Origin: Pseudobdellovibrionaceae bacterium
GTDB taxonomy: Bacteria > Bdellovibrionota > Bdellovibrionia > Bdellovibrionales > Bdellovibrionaceae
Assembly (NCBI GenBank): GCA_041288045.1
Contig: JBGGMM010000192.1
Coordinates: forward strand, 1 to 25,277
DNA: 25,277 bases
Reading direction: 5' to 3'
Numbering within the stretch: position 1 is the first letter of the stretch; each line of letters begins with the position of its first letter. Shown here piece after piece: positions 17,286 through 25,277 of this stretch. The position numbers and the translations under genes were made by a program. Below the pieces are notes generated by a model. That model was not told the DNA's origin, made no database searches, and saw only the letters and a list, made by a program, of their open reading frames with translations.

Positions 17286-18128
17286 CTAGTAAGCCACCAC
17301 AGCATCCTTAATCTTCTGCAGATAAAACCGCTTCTGCGCCCCGTCCCGATGACAGGTGGCCATCACAAAATCCCCATCCGGATTTCGCACCAAGCCCAGC
17401 GGAGTGATCCTTCGAGTGTCCGTTTTCGATTTGCTGCTCTCGTAGGAAATATCCAGATGCAAATTCTTCTGCACACATTCGATCACTTTGTCGACAGTGG
17501 GATTATGGGCGTGAAGCAGGCTGTATTTCGACCAGCTCAGATCTTTTTCCACCACTTTTAAAACTTCCGACAGCGGAGTCAGCGGCCCTAATCGGTTCAT
17601 GCACTCGAGGCCCACGTGCAAACAGGCTCTGGCATCATCCAAAGCTCGGTGGGCTTTTCCGCCGTCGATCTTTAAAAGCGGAATCAGTGTTTGCAGTTTG
17701 TGATTGGGACTTTCGGTGATGAGTTTGCGCGCCAGCAGACTGGTGCAAAGCACGGGTTCGCTTGGCAGCGGCAGATTGTGTTTTTCAAATTCCACCGCCA
17801 TAAATCCCATATCGAAGGGGGCGTGGTGGGCCATGGGGATAGAGCCTTTGAGAAATTCGTGGATCTGAGAAATTTTCTCTGACATCAGGGGCGCATCGGC
17901 CACCATCTCGTTGGTGATTCCGTGAATAGAGATGATGAAATCACTCATGGGCTTTGAGGGTCTGAGCAAGGTCTGGAAAGAGTCGATTTCCTGCCCGCCT
18001 TTCCATTTCACGGCACCGAATTCGACCACTTCAGAGCCTAAGGGATAGGCTCCGGAAGTTTCAGTGTCAAAAGCGACGAAAGTGAACTCTGTCCAAGGTT
18101 TCGAAAAATCAGATTCGGATTCAGGCAT
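17286..18128 (-). CDS. DnaQ-like DEDDh 3'-5' exonuclease with C-terminal WYL domain
   Basis: ExoI VAFDTETSG, ExoII AHHAPFD and ExoIII HRALDDA. The C-terminal ISYE...RRITPLGL...VMATCHRDGAQKRFYLQKI fits the WYL pattern. ATG 18128 preferred over TTG 18137, which overlaps the predicted -10 box. Confidence 0.88.
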   Translation of the reverse strand: MPESESDFSKPWTEFTFVAFDTETSGAYPLGSEVVEFGAVKWKGGQEIDSFQTLLRPSKPMSDFIISIHGITNEMVADAPLMSEKISQIHEFLKGSIPMAHHAPFDMGFMAVEFEKHNLPLPSEPVLCTSLLARKLITESPNHKLQTLIPLLKIDGGKAHRALDDARACLHVGLECMNRLGPLTPLSEVLKVVEKDLSWSKYSLLHAHNPTVDKVIECVQKNLHLDISYESSKSKTDTRRITPLGLVRNPDGDFVMATCHRDGAQKRFYLQKIKDAVVAY

Positions 18129-18135
18129 AGGATCC

Positions 18136-18164
18136 AAGCTAACAAAGCCACCGATGAAAGTCCA
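18136..18164 (-). promoter_or_regulatory. Sigma70-like (extended -10) promoter for the exonuclease-WYL gene
   Basis: Minus strand TGGACT-17 nt-TAGCTT with TGn extension, 7 nt before ATG 18128. Confidence 0.5.
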
Positions 18165-18231
18165 GGCCGGCTCGAGAACGAGTTACATAGAAAGACCCAG
18201 TTCGGCTATGATCTCTAAAGAGGATTCATCT

Positions 18232-18918
18232 GTGATCAGCGACAAACTCAAATTCTGGTTCGGCCCCTTGGTGGTTTTGATTGTGACGGCAGCGATTGGC
18301 GCAAAAGCCCAAGCGCAAATGTCGAAAATGTATGGAACTGTGGGTTTGACTTCGAATTATGTCGATCGCGGGATCACTCAATCCAAAAAAGGACCTTCGC
18401 TCAATGCCGGGATGGGGTATTGGTTTGGTCCGCAGGGCCGCATCGGTTTTGAAGGCGCGAGTGTCGCTTACCAAAATGAAAGTACCAGCGTTGAAATGCG
18501 GCTTCTCACCGACTACAAATTTGTTTTCACGCAAGCCACAGATTTCAAAATCCGCGTCGACTGGGTCCGCTACTTTTCTGAAAATATTCGCAGCAAATTG
18601 ATCGCCACTTTGGATCTGAATCTTTTTACTTATCACGTCCTGGCCTCGCGTGAGGACAACTTTGAAGGAACCAAAAGACCCCGCAACTGGTTCGCTCTGC
18701 ACAAGGATTGGGCTTACACCCAAAGCGTGCAAATCAATGGCACTGTCGGGTATTCGATGCCCGAGGGATATGATAGCTATTTCGACACTCGCATTGGTGC
18801 TAGCTACTTGATGACCAATATCACTGTCGGAGTTTTTAACACCTATGTTTCAAAAGCCCAACAATTCGGCGGCACTGCCGACACAGCTTTCCTGCTAGAA
18901 TTGCAAGCTCGGTTTTAA
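18232..18918 (+). CDS. TorF/Gcw_chp-family putative outer-membrane beta-barrel
   Basis: Signal peptide ending AKAQA, family-like motif GTVGLTSNYVDRGITQS, alternating beta-strand pattern and C-terminal Phe. Start moved to GTG 18232 (AGAGGA RBS) to avoid overlap with the divergent gene. Confidence 0.75.
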   Translation: MISDKLKFWFGPLVVLIVTAAIGAKAQAQMSKMYGTVGLTSNYVDRGITQSKKGPSLNAGMGYWFGPQGRIGFEGASVAYQNESTSVEMRLLTDYKFVFTQATDFKIRVDWVRYFSENIRSKLIATLDLNLFTYHVLASREDNFEGTKRPRNWFALHKDWAYTQSVQINGTVGYSMPEGYDSYFDTRIGASYLMTNITVGVFNTYVSKAQQFGGTADTAFLLELQARF

Positions 18919-19084
18919 ACGAATTTTTTAGAATTTCTTATTTTCCCCTCTTTCTGAGACACCGAATTTTTTGATCCTGGCTCAAATTGATCAAATACAA
19001 TTATATTTAAAGATCTTTGCCAAGCTTCCGTAAAGTAAGAGTCCTATTCGCGGAACGTTGTTTGGACATTGCTCTGGAGATGAC

Positions 19085-22000
19085 ATGAGATGGACTCTTG
19101 GTCTTTTGCTGTTCACGTTGCTTCTGCACCAGTCCCTTTTTGCTGCTCCCGCCACTGTTTTTGGACCAAAAACATTTCAAGCGGCTCCCAGTACCGCGTC
19201 TTACAATGAATCATTCTCGAATTCCAAAGAGAACGCTGATGGGGTTTTGACCATCACCAATGGAAATGGCCAGGATCTTTCTGAGCTGGAATGTCCAAAA
19301 AAGCCAGTGGCGACGATGATTCTCTGCAAAGCTGAGAATGTCGAAAGGCATTTGCGCACAATTTTTGAAAGACCGTCTCAGTTTGAGATCAGTTTGAATG
19401 GCAGAGTGATCGCCACCCAAGCTCAGCTCCCCGACGTGAAGGGCAAGTACCAAACCGCGATCAAAGTGACGCTCGCGAATACTCTCAAAGTCCGCGTGAA
19501 GGGACTTTGGACTTCTTATCTTTCCGTTGAGATCAAAGCGGATTCGACCACAGTGAATCAAAATCCGATCGCTCGGTTCTCGGCAACTCCCGCTCAGGGG
19601 ATTGCGCCTGAATTGATTTCCTTCTCGGGACTGACCAGCTCGGATCCGGATGGCGATGCTATCACTCAGTACACTTGGGATTTCGGTGATGGCGGTTTTG
19701 CCACGGGGTCTTTGGTTACTCACAATTTTCTCGCGGCTGGAACATATCAAGTGAAACTCACCGTCCAAGATTCTCGCGGTGGGACCGGAAGTCTCACGCA
19801 AGCGATTGTCATTCGCGCCAATCAGGTGCCGATTGCGAACTTCACGGCCATTCCTGAAACGGCTCTCGGAGTTTTGAAAGCCAAATTCGATGCATCGACC
19901 TCGCAGGATTCGGATGGCTCGATTGTTTCTTATGATTTTGATTTTGGTGACGGCAGTCATGCGAGCACCGCCGTGGCTGAGCATATTTACAGTGCGCCTG
20001 GTACTTATCAGATCACGCTCACCGTGAAGGACAATAAGTTTGCTACTGCTACCAAGACAATCAGTCTGTTGGTGAAAGACGCGACTCCGCCGGTCGTGGC
20101 TGTTTCAAGTCCTGTGAATAATTCAACTCTCTCGAATTTTTCTGTTCCGGTTGCTGGCTCTAGCAATGAGCCTCTGTCTGAAATCACGGCTCAGTTCGGT
20201 AGTGATATACCTGTTGTATTAAATCTTAGCAGTGATCGAAAATCCTTTTCTGGAACGCTCACAGCAACCGGCACTGGAAGTAAAATTATCACACTGTCAG
20301 CAAAAGACTTGGCTGGAAATCAGACGGTCAATGGTTTGACGATTACGATCAGTGCGGACCTACCACCGATTGCCAAATTAGAAACCACAGCTCCACAATC
20401 CAAAGTCGCTCCGCTGATGGTGCTCTTTGACGCTTCAAAGTCCACTTCGCCTCAAGGCAAAGCTCTGTCATTTCATTTCGATTTTGGTGATGGCAGCGGA
20501 GCGGACAGCGCAAATGGAGTTATTTCGCACAGCTTTGAATCCGCTGGTAGCTTCACTGTAACTGTGAAAGTCACCGACAGCTCAGGCCTTGAATCCATAG
20601 CCTCAACTCAGATCATAGCTGTGGATCCAGAAGTGCCACCGCCTGTTGAAAATCAGGCGCCACCATTGGCCAGCTCGGGGCTTCAACCAATGATTGATTC
20701 TGTTAAGTTCCTTTATGAAGGTGAAAATGCAATTCAGAGAAATGTTCAACCTGGAGCCATCGATGCCAATCGAGTGGCAGTGCTCCAAGGAGTGGTTTTT
20801 AATCAAGATGGCTCCCCTCTTTCTGGAGTCAAAATTTCTGTATTGGAAATGCCCGAAGTGGGTGAGACCTTCACAAGTGAAAATGGGAAATTTCATATCG
20901 CAGTCAATGGAGGCGCTGTTTTAACTGTTCACTATGAGCGCAACGGCTATTTTCCATTGCAAAGAAAAATCTCAACTTCAGCGCTTGATTACTTTCACAC
21001 TGAGAAAGTGGTCATGGTACCGCCCGACTCAAAAGTCACCCAGCTGCAGAACAATGCAGCATCCATTCAAGTCGCCAAAGGCTCAAAAGTCAGCGACACA
21101 TCAGGTGAAAGAACACCCATGCTTGTGATTCCTCCGCTCACTGAGGCAAAGCTACAAATGCCGGATGGAAGTTTGAAGCCAATCTCAACAATTTCACTTC
21201 GAGCCACCGAATACACGGTCGGAGCTGATGGACCTCAACGAATGCCGGCAGAATTGCCCACGATGACTGGTTATACCTATGCTGTTGAACTGAGTGTTGA
21301 CGAAGCTATTGCAGCTGGCGCTGAGCATGTTGTGTTTTCAAACCCAATTCCATTTTATGTCGATAACTTTTTAGATGTTCCTGCTGGAAGCGTTGTTCCC
21401 GTTGGCAGCTATGATGCCCAGTTAGGTGCTTGGAAAGCTGAAAACGATGGAATTGTCGTCAAAGTTCTGTCCATTCAGAATAACTCTGCAATTCTCACTT
21501 TCGACGATAACGGAACTCCTGCGACTCCCCAACAGCTTTCCGTTTTGAAGATCACTCCCGATGAGTTGATGAAAATCGCCGAGAACTATGCGCCCGGGCA
21601 AAGTTTTTGGCGAGCTCGATTGAGCCACTTAAGTCCCATTGACCTGAATTTCCTAACAAAATTACCACGCGTTCGAGTTGCGACCAAGCGTCCTGGACCT
21701 CCCCAGAACCCGAAGGAAACAGGTTGCACAATGGGATCTATTATTGGCCTAACGGATTGCAGTCTTGGTGAAGAGCTTAGCTTTCCCGGTGTTCCGACCA
21801 ATTTTCATTACAGTACGCTCACTAAGCCAGGCCGAGTTGCTGAACGCCAAGTGGTCATTCCACTTTTCAATGACGTTTTTTTACCATCTGATTCGACTGA
21901 AAATATTCATTTAAAAATTGAAATTGCTGGACAGGTCTATGAGCAGGATTTTACGCCTTCGAGCTACCTTTCGACAACTTGGTCTTGGGATGGGAAGGAT

Positions 22001-25000
22001 AGCTTTGGAAGAAACGTCTATGGGCGTACACCAGCCCGCATCACTATCGATTATGAAAGTCCAACATTCTACGAAATTTCGACGGCAAATTTCACACTTT
22101 TGGTTGACGCAAAATCTTTTGGATCCGGATCCCTGGATTTGATTACTACTTCATTTCCATCTCGTCAGCTGAGTAAAGTGACACAGACATACACGATTCC
22201 GATTGGGAATGGGTTTTCGACAAACACAATTGATGTAGGTGGTTGGAGCCTATCACAAGTGCATCGTTACGACCCAATTTCACAAAGTCTTCAGTTAGGA
22301 AATAGCTCAGTTGTTGATGGCTCTAACATGTCTCCAATTTTAACTAGGATCGCCGGTAATTTTACTGCTGGATCATCCGGCGATAACGGCCCGGCTTCAC
22401 TTGCCAAGTTCAATGGCATCACAGCATTAGCAGTTGGACCTGATGACAGCATCTACGTCGCTGAGTTCGGTCGCATTCGAAAGATTGGTCCCGATGGAAA
22501 TGTTGTGACGATTGCGGGAAATGGTGTGTTTGGCCCTATTTCCGAAGGTCAATTGGCTCTCAATTCAAGTATGACTCGGATCGATGGTTTAGCGATTACG
22601 AATACTGGCGCCATCATTTTTGGTGCTGACAATCGAATTTGGAAATTTTCGGAGGGTGGCACTCTTTCCCGAATAGCTGGCACTGGAGAGTATGGTTACT
22701 CTGGTGACGGAGGCTTAGCAATTAATGCCAAGATGTTTGATCCGAAAGATCTCGTCCTCGGCAGTGATGGAACACTTTATTTTATTGATTCAAAAAATCG
22801 AAGAATTCGAAAAATCGCTCCTGATGGCATGATTTCGCTTTTGGCAGGAAATGGAGAATTCGGACTTCAAGGAAATGGTGGTCCCGCCACGCTCGCAAGT
22901 TTTTCTGAGCCCACTCACCTGGCGGTTGGGTTGAATAAAGAAATCTATGTTTCCGACAAATTCGCTTTTTCAGTACGAGTGATCACCAATGACGGGTTCA
23001 TCAATCGCTTTGCAGGAGTTGAAACTGCCGGTGTAAGCCCTCGAGACGGTGAAGTTGCCCTGCAAGCGAAAATGGGAACGACTGGGGCACTTGCTGTTGA
23101 CCGAGAGGGCAATGTTTATATTAGCGATATTAGCAATGGACGAATTTATCAAATCACACCCAATGGAATCCTGCTCACAATTGCAGGTGCCATCAATTCC
23201 AATGAAAACTTTTTTATTGGTTCGGTCGTCGCACTCAATAATTCCTACGCTGCTGTTTTTCTTAAATTTTATGGAAAAGACCGTTTGTTAGCAGTTCCTC
23301 AAGGATTTCCAATGGTTCATCTCTACCATAAAGCTCTGCCAGATTTAAATACGGCAGGTTACTCGATTGGTTCACTGGATGGGTCCGAAATTTATCAATT
23401 CTCCTCAATGGGTCGTCATTTGCAAACTCTCTTTTCTAAAACTGGAAAGGTGAAATGGAAATTCGCTTATGACAATGAAGGTCGCTTGATTTCAATGACG
23501 GACGCTTACTCAAAAGTCACCACCATCCAAAGAGATGGCAATGGACGACCTCTGGCAATGGTTGGCCCTTTTGGTCAAGCGCTTTCTTTCACATCGAACG
23601 CAGATGGCTACCTGACATCGGTGTCATTGCCAACTGGCGAGACGACTCGGTTGGATTATAATTCGGGTGGTTTGCTCCTCAGTTACCAAAGACCGAATGG
23701 CAACGCTTCAACTTTTGAATACAATTCTTTAGGTGAATTGATCAAAGACTCAGATGCCGCTGGAGGATTTAAAATTTTAGAAAAAATCAGCCAGTCCGTT
23801 TTTCAATTCACTATCAATGAAACGACCGCAACCGGACGAAAAACTGAATTCATCGTCGACGACTCAGGAGCTAATTTCACCACCTATCGCACAAATCATC
23901 CCTCGGGACGAACTGATTATGAAATCCAGTCTTTGAATTCAGAACAAATGCAAACCTTTTCTGGAAGCTCCTTCGCCAAAACGAATCGGGACATTGATCC
24001 ACGTCTTGGGGGAATCACTCAATTTTTTAGTCAAAAACTGAGCAGCTATCCCTGGGGGAGTGATCTTATCAACGTGACGTCGTCCTATACGCCTCAAAGT
24101 TCGACGGACTTTTTCAGTTTCACTCAGGTTGAGGAAGTTCAAAATGGCCCTACTATGCTGACAACTGTTTATCGGTCTTTGGACCGTCAGATTTCTTCTG
24201 TCACTGGCGCAGGTAAAAAATCTGTCACAGCGATCAATGAATTTGAACAACCTGTTTTGGTTCAAAACGGGGCGCAAGCTCCTATTCAGTATTCCTATAA
24301 CAATCGGGGGCAATTGATTTCAATCCTGCAGGGAGATCGCGAATCGACACTTTCTTATAATTCACTTGGGCAGGTTACGACTGTGACAAATCCTGAGGGG
24401 CAAACGACTTCGCTTTTTTGGGATCCTTCAAGCCGTCTAACTCAAGAAAAAAGAGCCGATAACAAAGTGATCAATTATCAATATGATCTCAATAGCAACC
24501 TCTCTGGTATTCAGCCTCCAGATAGACTTCTGCATCGGTTTACCTCCAATTTGATCGATCTTTTCGCCGTCTACACTCCACCGACGACTCCGAATGGCGG
24601 CGGAAGCACTCGGAATTTTTATAATCTCGATCGGCAAATCACCAAAATTGTCCGACCCGACGGAACTGAGCTCAAATTTTTGTACAATCCGACGACTTTT
24701 GCTCTGACCCGGGTTGAAGGGACACTGAAAAGTATTGATTTTGAAATGAGCACATATTCAAATACTTTTCCGAATTTTGCTAACTCCAGCGATGACATCC
24801 AAATCTATAACCAAGCAACGGATCACGTTCTTTCTCTTCGGATTTATCAAAATGCGGTTTCAGGTATAATCACCTATCGCCGCACTCGACCTTCTTTGCT
24901 CAATGAAATGATCATCAACGATCAAGTCTCTGTTGCCTACCAATACGATCAGGATGATTTTCTGCGCCAAGCTGGGAATTTAGTGATATCGCGAGAACCT

Positions 25001-25277
25001 CTGACTGGCACCATCATTGGCACTCAAATTGGCAATATCACTGAGTCTCATCAATTGAATTCTTTCGGCGAAATCAGTCAATCGAGCCACAGTGTGGGCA
25101 GCACATCTGTCTTCGCGAATCAGTACACTCGAGATAAGCTCGGAAGAATCACAAAGAAGATCGAAACTATTTTGGGCCAAACTAAAACCCACAATTATTC
25201 TTACGATTTGGCAGGACGGCTGATCACAGCATCATTGAACGGCGTCATCGAACGACAGTACACCTATGATGGAAACG
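19085..25277 (+). CDS. Giant exported teneurin-like protein (PKD/Ig, TTR-like, FN-plug, NHL, YD/RHS repeats); 3' end outside the window
   Basis: Manual translation: GGAGA RBS, ATG 19085, no stop for 2064 codons. Signal peptide MRWTLGLLLFTLLLHQSLFA; three PKD domains (W/F-DFGDG); one Ig-like domain (DATPP...DLAGN); NHL repeats (IAG..G..GDGG.A) at about 22330-23340; YD repeats (YDNEGRL, YNNRGQL, YDLAGRL) from about 23360. Confidence 0.93.
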   Translation, partial: MRWTLGLLLFTLLLHQSLFAAPATVFGPKTFQAAPSTASYNESFSNSKENADGVLTITNGNGQDLSELECPKKPVATMILCKAENVERHLRTIFERPSQFEISLNGRVIATQAQLPDVKGKYQTAIKVTLANTLKVRVKGLWTSYLSVEIKADSTTVNQNPIARFSATPAQGIAPELISFSGLTSSDPDGDAITQYTWDFGDGGFATGSLVTHNFLAAGTYQVKLTVQDSRGGTGSLTQAIVIRANQVPIANFTAIPETALGVLKAKFDASTSQDSDGSIVSYDFDFGDGSHASTAVAEHIYSAPGTYQITLTVKDNKFATATKTISLLVKDATPPVVAVSSPVNNSTLSNFSVPVAGSSNEPLSEITAQFGSDIPVVLNLSSDRKSFSGTLTATGTGSKIITLSAKDLAGNQTVNGLTITISADLPPIAKLETTAPQSKVAPLMVLFDASKSTSPQGKALSFHFDFGDGSGADSANGVISHSFESAGSFTVTVKVTDSSGLESIASTQIIAVDPEVPPPVENQAPPLASSGLQPMIDSVKFLYEGENAIQRNVQPGAIDANRVAVLQGVVFNQDGSPLSGVKISVLEMPEVGETFTSENGKFHIAVNGGAVLTVHYERNGYFPLQRKISTSALDYFHTEKVVMVPPDSKVTQLQNNAASIQVAKGSKVSDTSGERTPMLVIPPLTEAKLQMPDGSLKPISTISLRATEYTVGADGPQRMPAELPTMTGYTYAVELSVDEAIAAGAEHVVFSNPIPFYVDNFLDVPAGSVVPVGSYDAQLGAWKAENDGIVVKVLSIQNNSAILTFDDNGTPATPQQLSVLKITPDELMKIAENYAPGQSFWRARLSHLSPIDLNFLTKLPRVRVATKRPGPPQNPKETGCTMGSIIGLTDCSLGEELSFPGVPTNFHYSTLTKPGRVAERQVVIPLFNDVFLPSDSTENIHLKIEIAGQVYEQDFTPSSYLSTTWSWDGKDSFGRNVYGRTPARITIDYESPTFYEISTANFTLLVDAKSFGSGSLDLITTSFPSRQLSKVTQTYTIPIGNGFSTNTIDVGGWSLSQVHRYDPISQSLQLGNSSVVDGSNMSPILTRIAGNFTAGSSGDNGPASLAKFNGITALAVGPDDSIYVAEFGRIRKIGPDGNVVTIAGNGVFGPISEGQLALNSSMTRIDGLAITNTGAIIFGADNRIWKFSEGGTLSRIAGTGEYGYSGDGGLAINAKMFDPKDLVLGSDGTLYFIDSKNRRIRKIAPDGMISLLAGNGEFGLQGNGGPATLASFSEPTHLAVGLNKEIYVSDKFAFSVRVITNDGFINRFAGVETAGVSPRDGEVALQAKMGTTGALAVDREGNVYISDISNGRIYQITPNGILLTIAGAINSNENFFIGSVVALNNSYAAVFLKFYGKDRLLAVPQGFPMVHLYHKALPDLNTAGYSIGSLDGSEIYQFSSMGRHLQTLFSKTGKVKWKFAYDNEGRLISMTDAYSKVTTIQRDGNGRPLAMVGPFGQALSFTSNADGYLTSVSLPTGETTRLDYNSGGLLLSYQRPNGNASTFEYNSLGELIKDSDAAGGFKILEKISQSVFQFTINETTATGRKTEFIVDDSGANFTTYRTNHPSGRTDYEIQSLNSEQMQTFSGSSFAKTNRDIDPRLGGITQFFSQKLSSYPWGSDLINVTSSYTPQSSTDFFSFTQVEEVQNGPTMLTTVYRSLDRQISSVTGAGKKSVTAINEFEQPVLVQNGAQAPIQYSYNNRGQLISILQGDRESTLSYNSLGQVTTVTNPEGQTTSLFWDPSSRLTQEKRADNKVINYQYDLNSNLSGIQPPDRLLHRFTSNLIDLFAVYTPPTTPNGGGSTRNFYNLDRQITKIVRPDGTELKFLYNPTTFALTRVEGTLKSIDFEMSTYSNTFPNFANSSDDIQIYNQATDHVLSLRIYQNAVSGIITYRRTRPSLLNEMIINDQVSVAYQYDQDDFLRQAGNLVISREPLTGTIIGTQIGNITESHQLNSFGEISQSSHSVGSTSVFANQYTRDKLGRITKKIETILGQTKTHNYSYDLAGRLITASLNGVIERQYTYDGN

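Noticed and set aside
17286..18128. Calling the exonuclease dnaQ (Pol III epsilon)
   Set aside because: It shares the DEDDh fold, but the C-terminus is WYL-like rather than the alpha-subunit-binding tail; orthology cannot be shown from sequence alone.
18064..18231. N-terminal extension of the beta-barrel ORF
   Set aside because: It overlaps the divergent exonuclease gene and its promoter; the signal peptide and RBS support GTG 18232.
18970..18990. 16S rRNA gene or fragment as a feature
   Set aside because: Similarity is limited to about 21 nt with no downstream 16S sequence; kept only as a low-interest curiosity.
19211..25192. Small ORFs listed in the track on both strands in this region
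   Set aside because: All are alternative-frame or antisense shadows of the single open frame starting at 19085.

Overview
Bacterial chromosomal window whose gene content and protein sequences look like Bdellovibrionota (my inference; no search run). The left part is a division/cell-wall (dcw) cluster on the minus strand: rsmH, ftsL-like, ftsI, an opposite-strand alpha/beta-hydrolase, murE, murF, mraY and murD (cut by the window edge). No mraZ precedes rsmH. The middle holds a Zn-ribbon membrane protein, a UPRTase-like gene and hpt (+); dacB (PBP4) with a LysM lytic transglycosylase (-); a REC-GGDEF cyclase and an LspA with a long TM-TM-HAMP-like extension (+); a DEDDh exonuclease-WYL fusion (-); and a TorF/Gcw_chp-type beta-barrel (+). 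The main item is missing from the supplied ORF track: an uninterrupted ORF from 19085 past the window end (>2064 codons). It encodes a signal-peptide-bearing teneurin-like protein with PKD/Ig domains, a TTR-like domain, an insertion ending in a putative H-L-S autocleavage motif, FN-plug, NHL propeller and YD shell. All three convergent intergenic gaps contain structured palindromic DNA: a 47-nt hairpin, a 109-bp element with 29-bp inverted repeats, and a 73-nt four-way junction beside a 53-bp tandem repeat. Several genes have sigma70-like promoters placed for leaderless or near-leaderless mRNAs.
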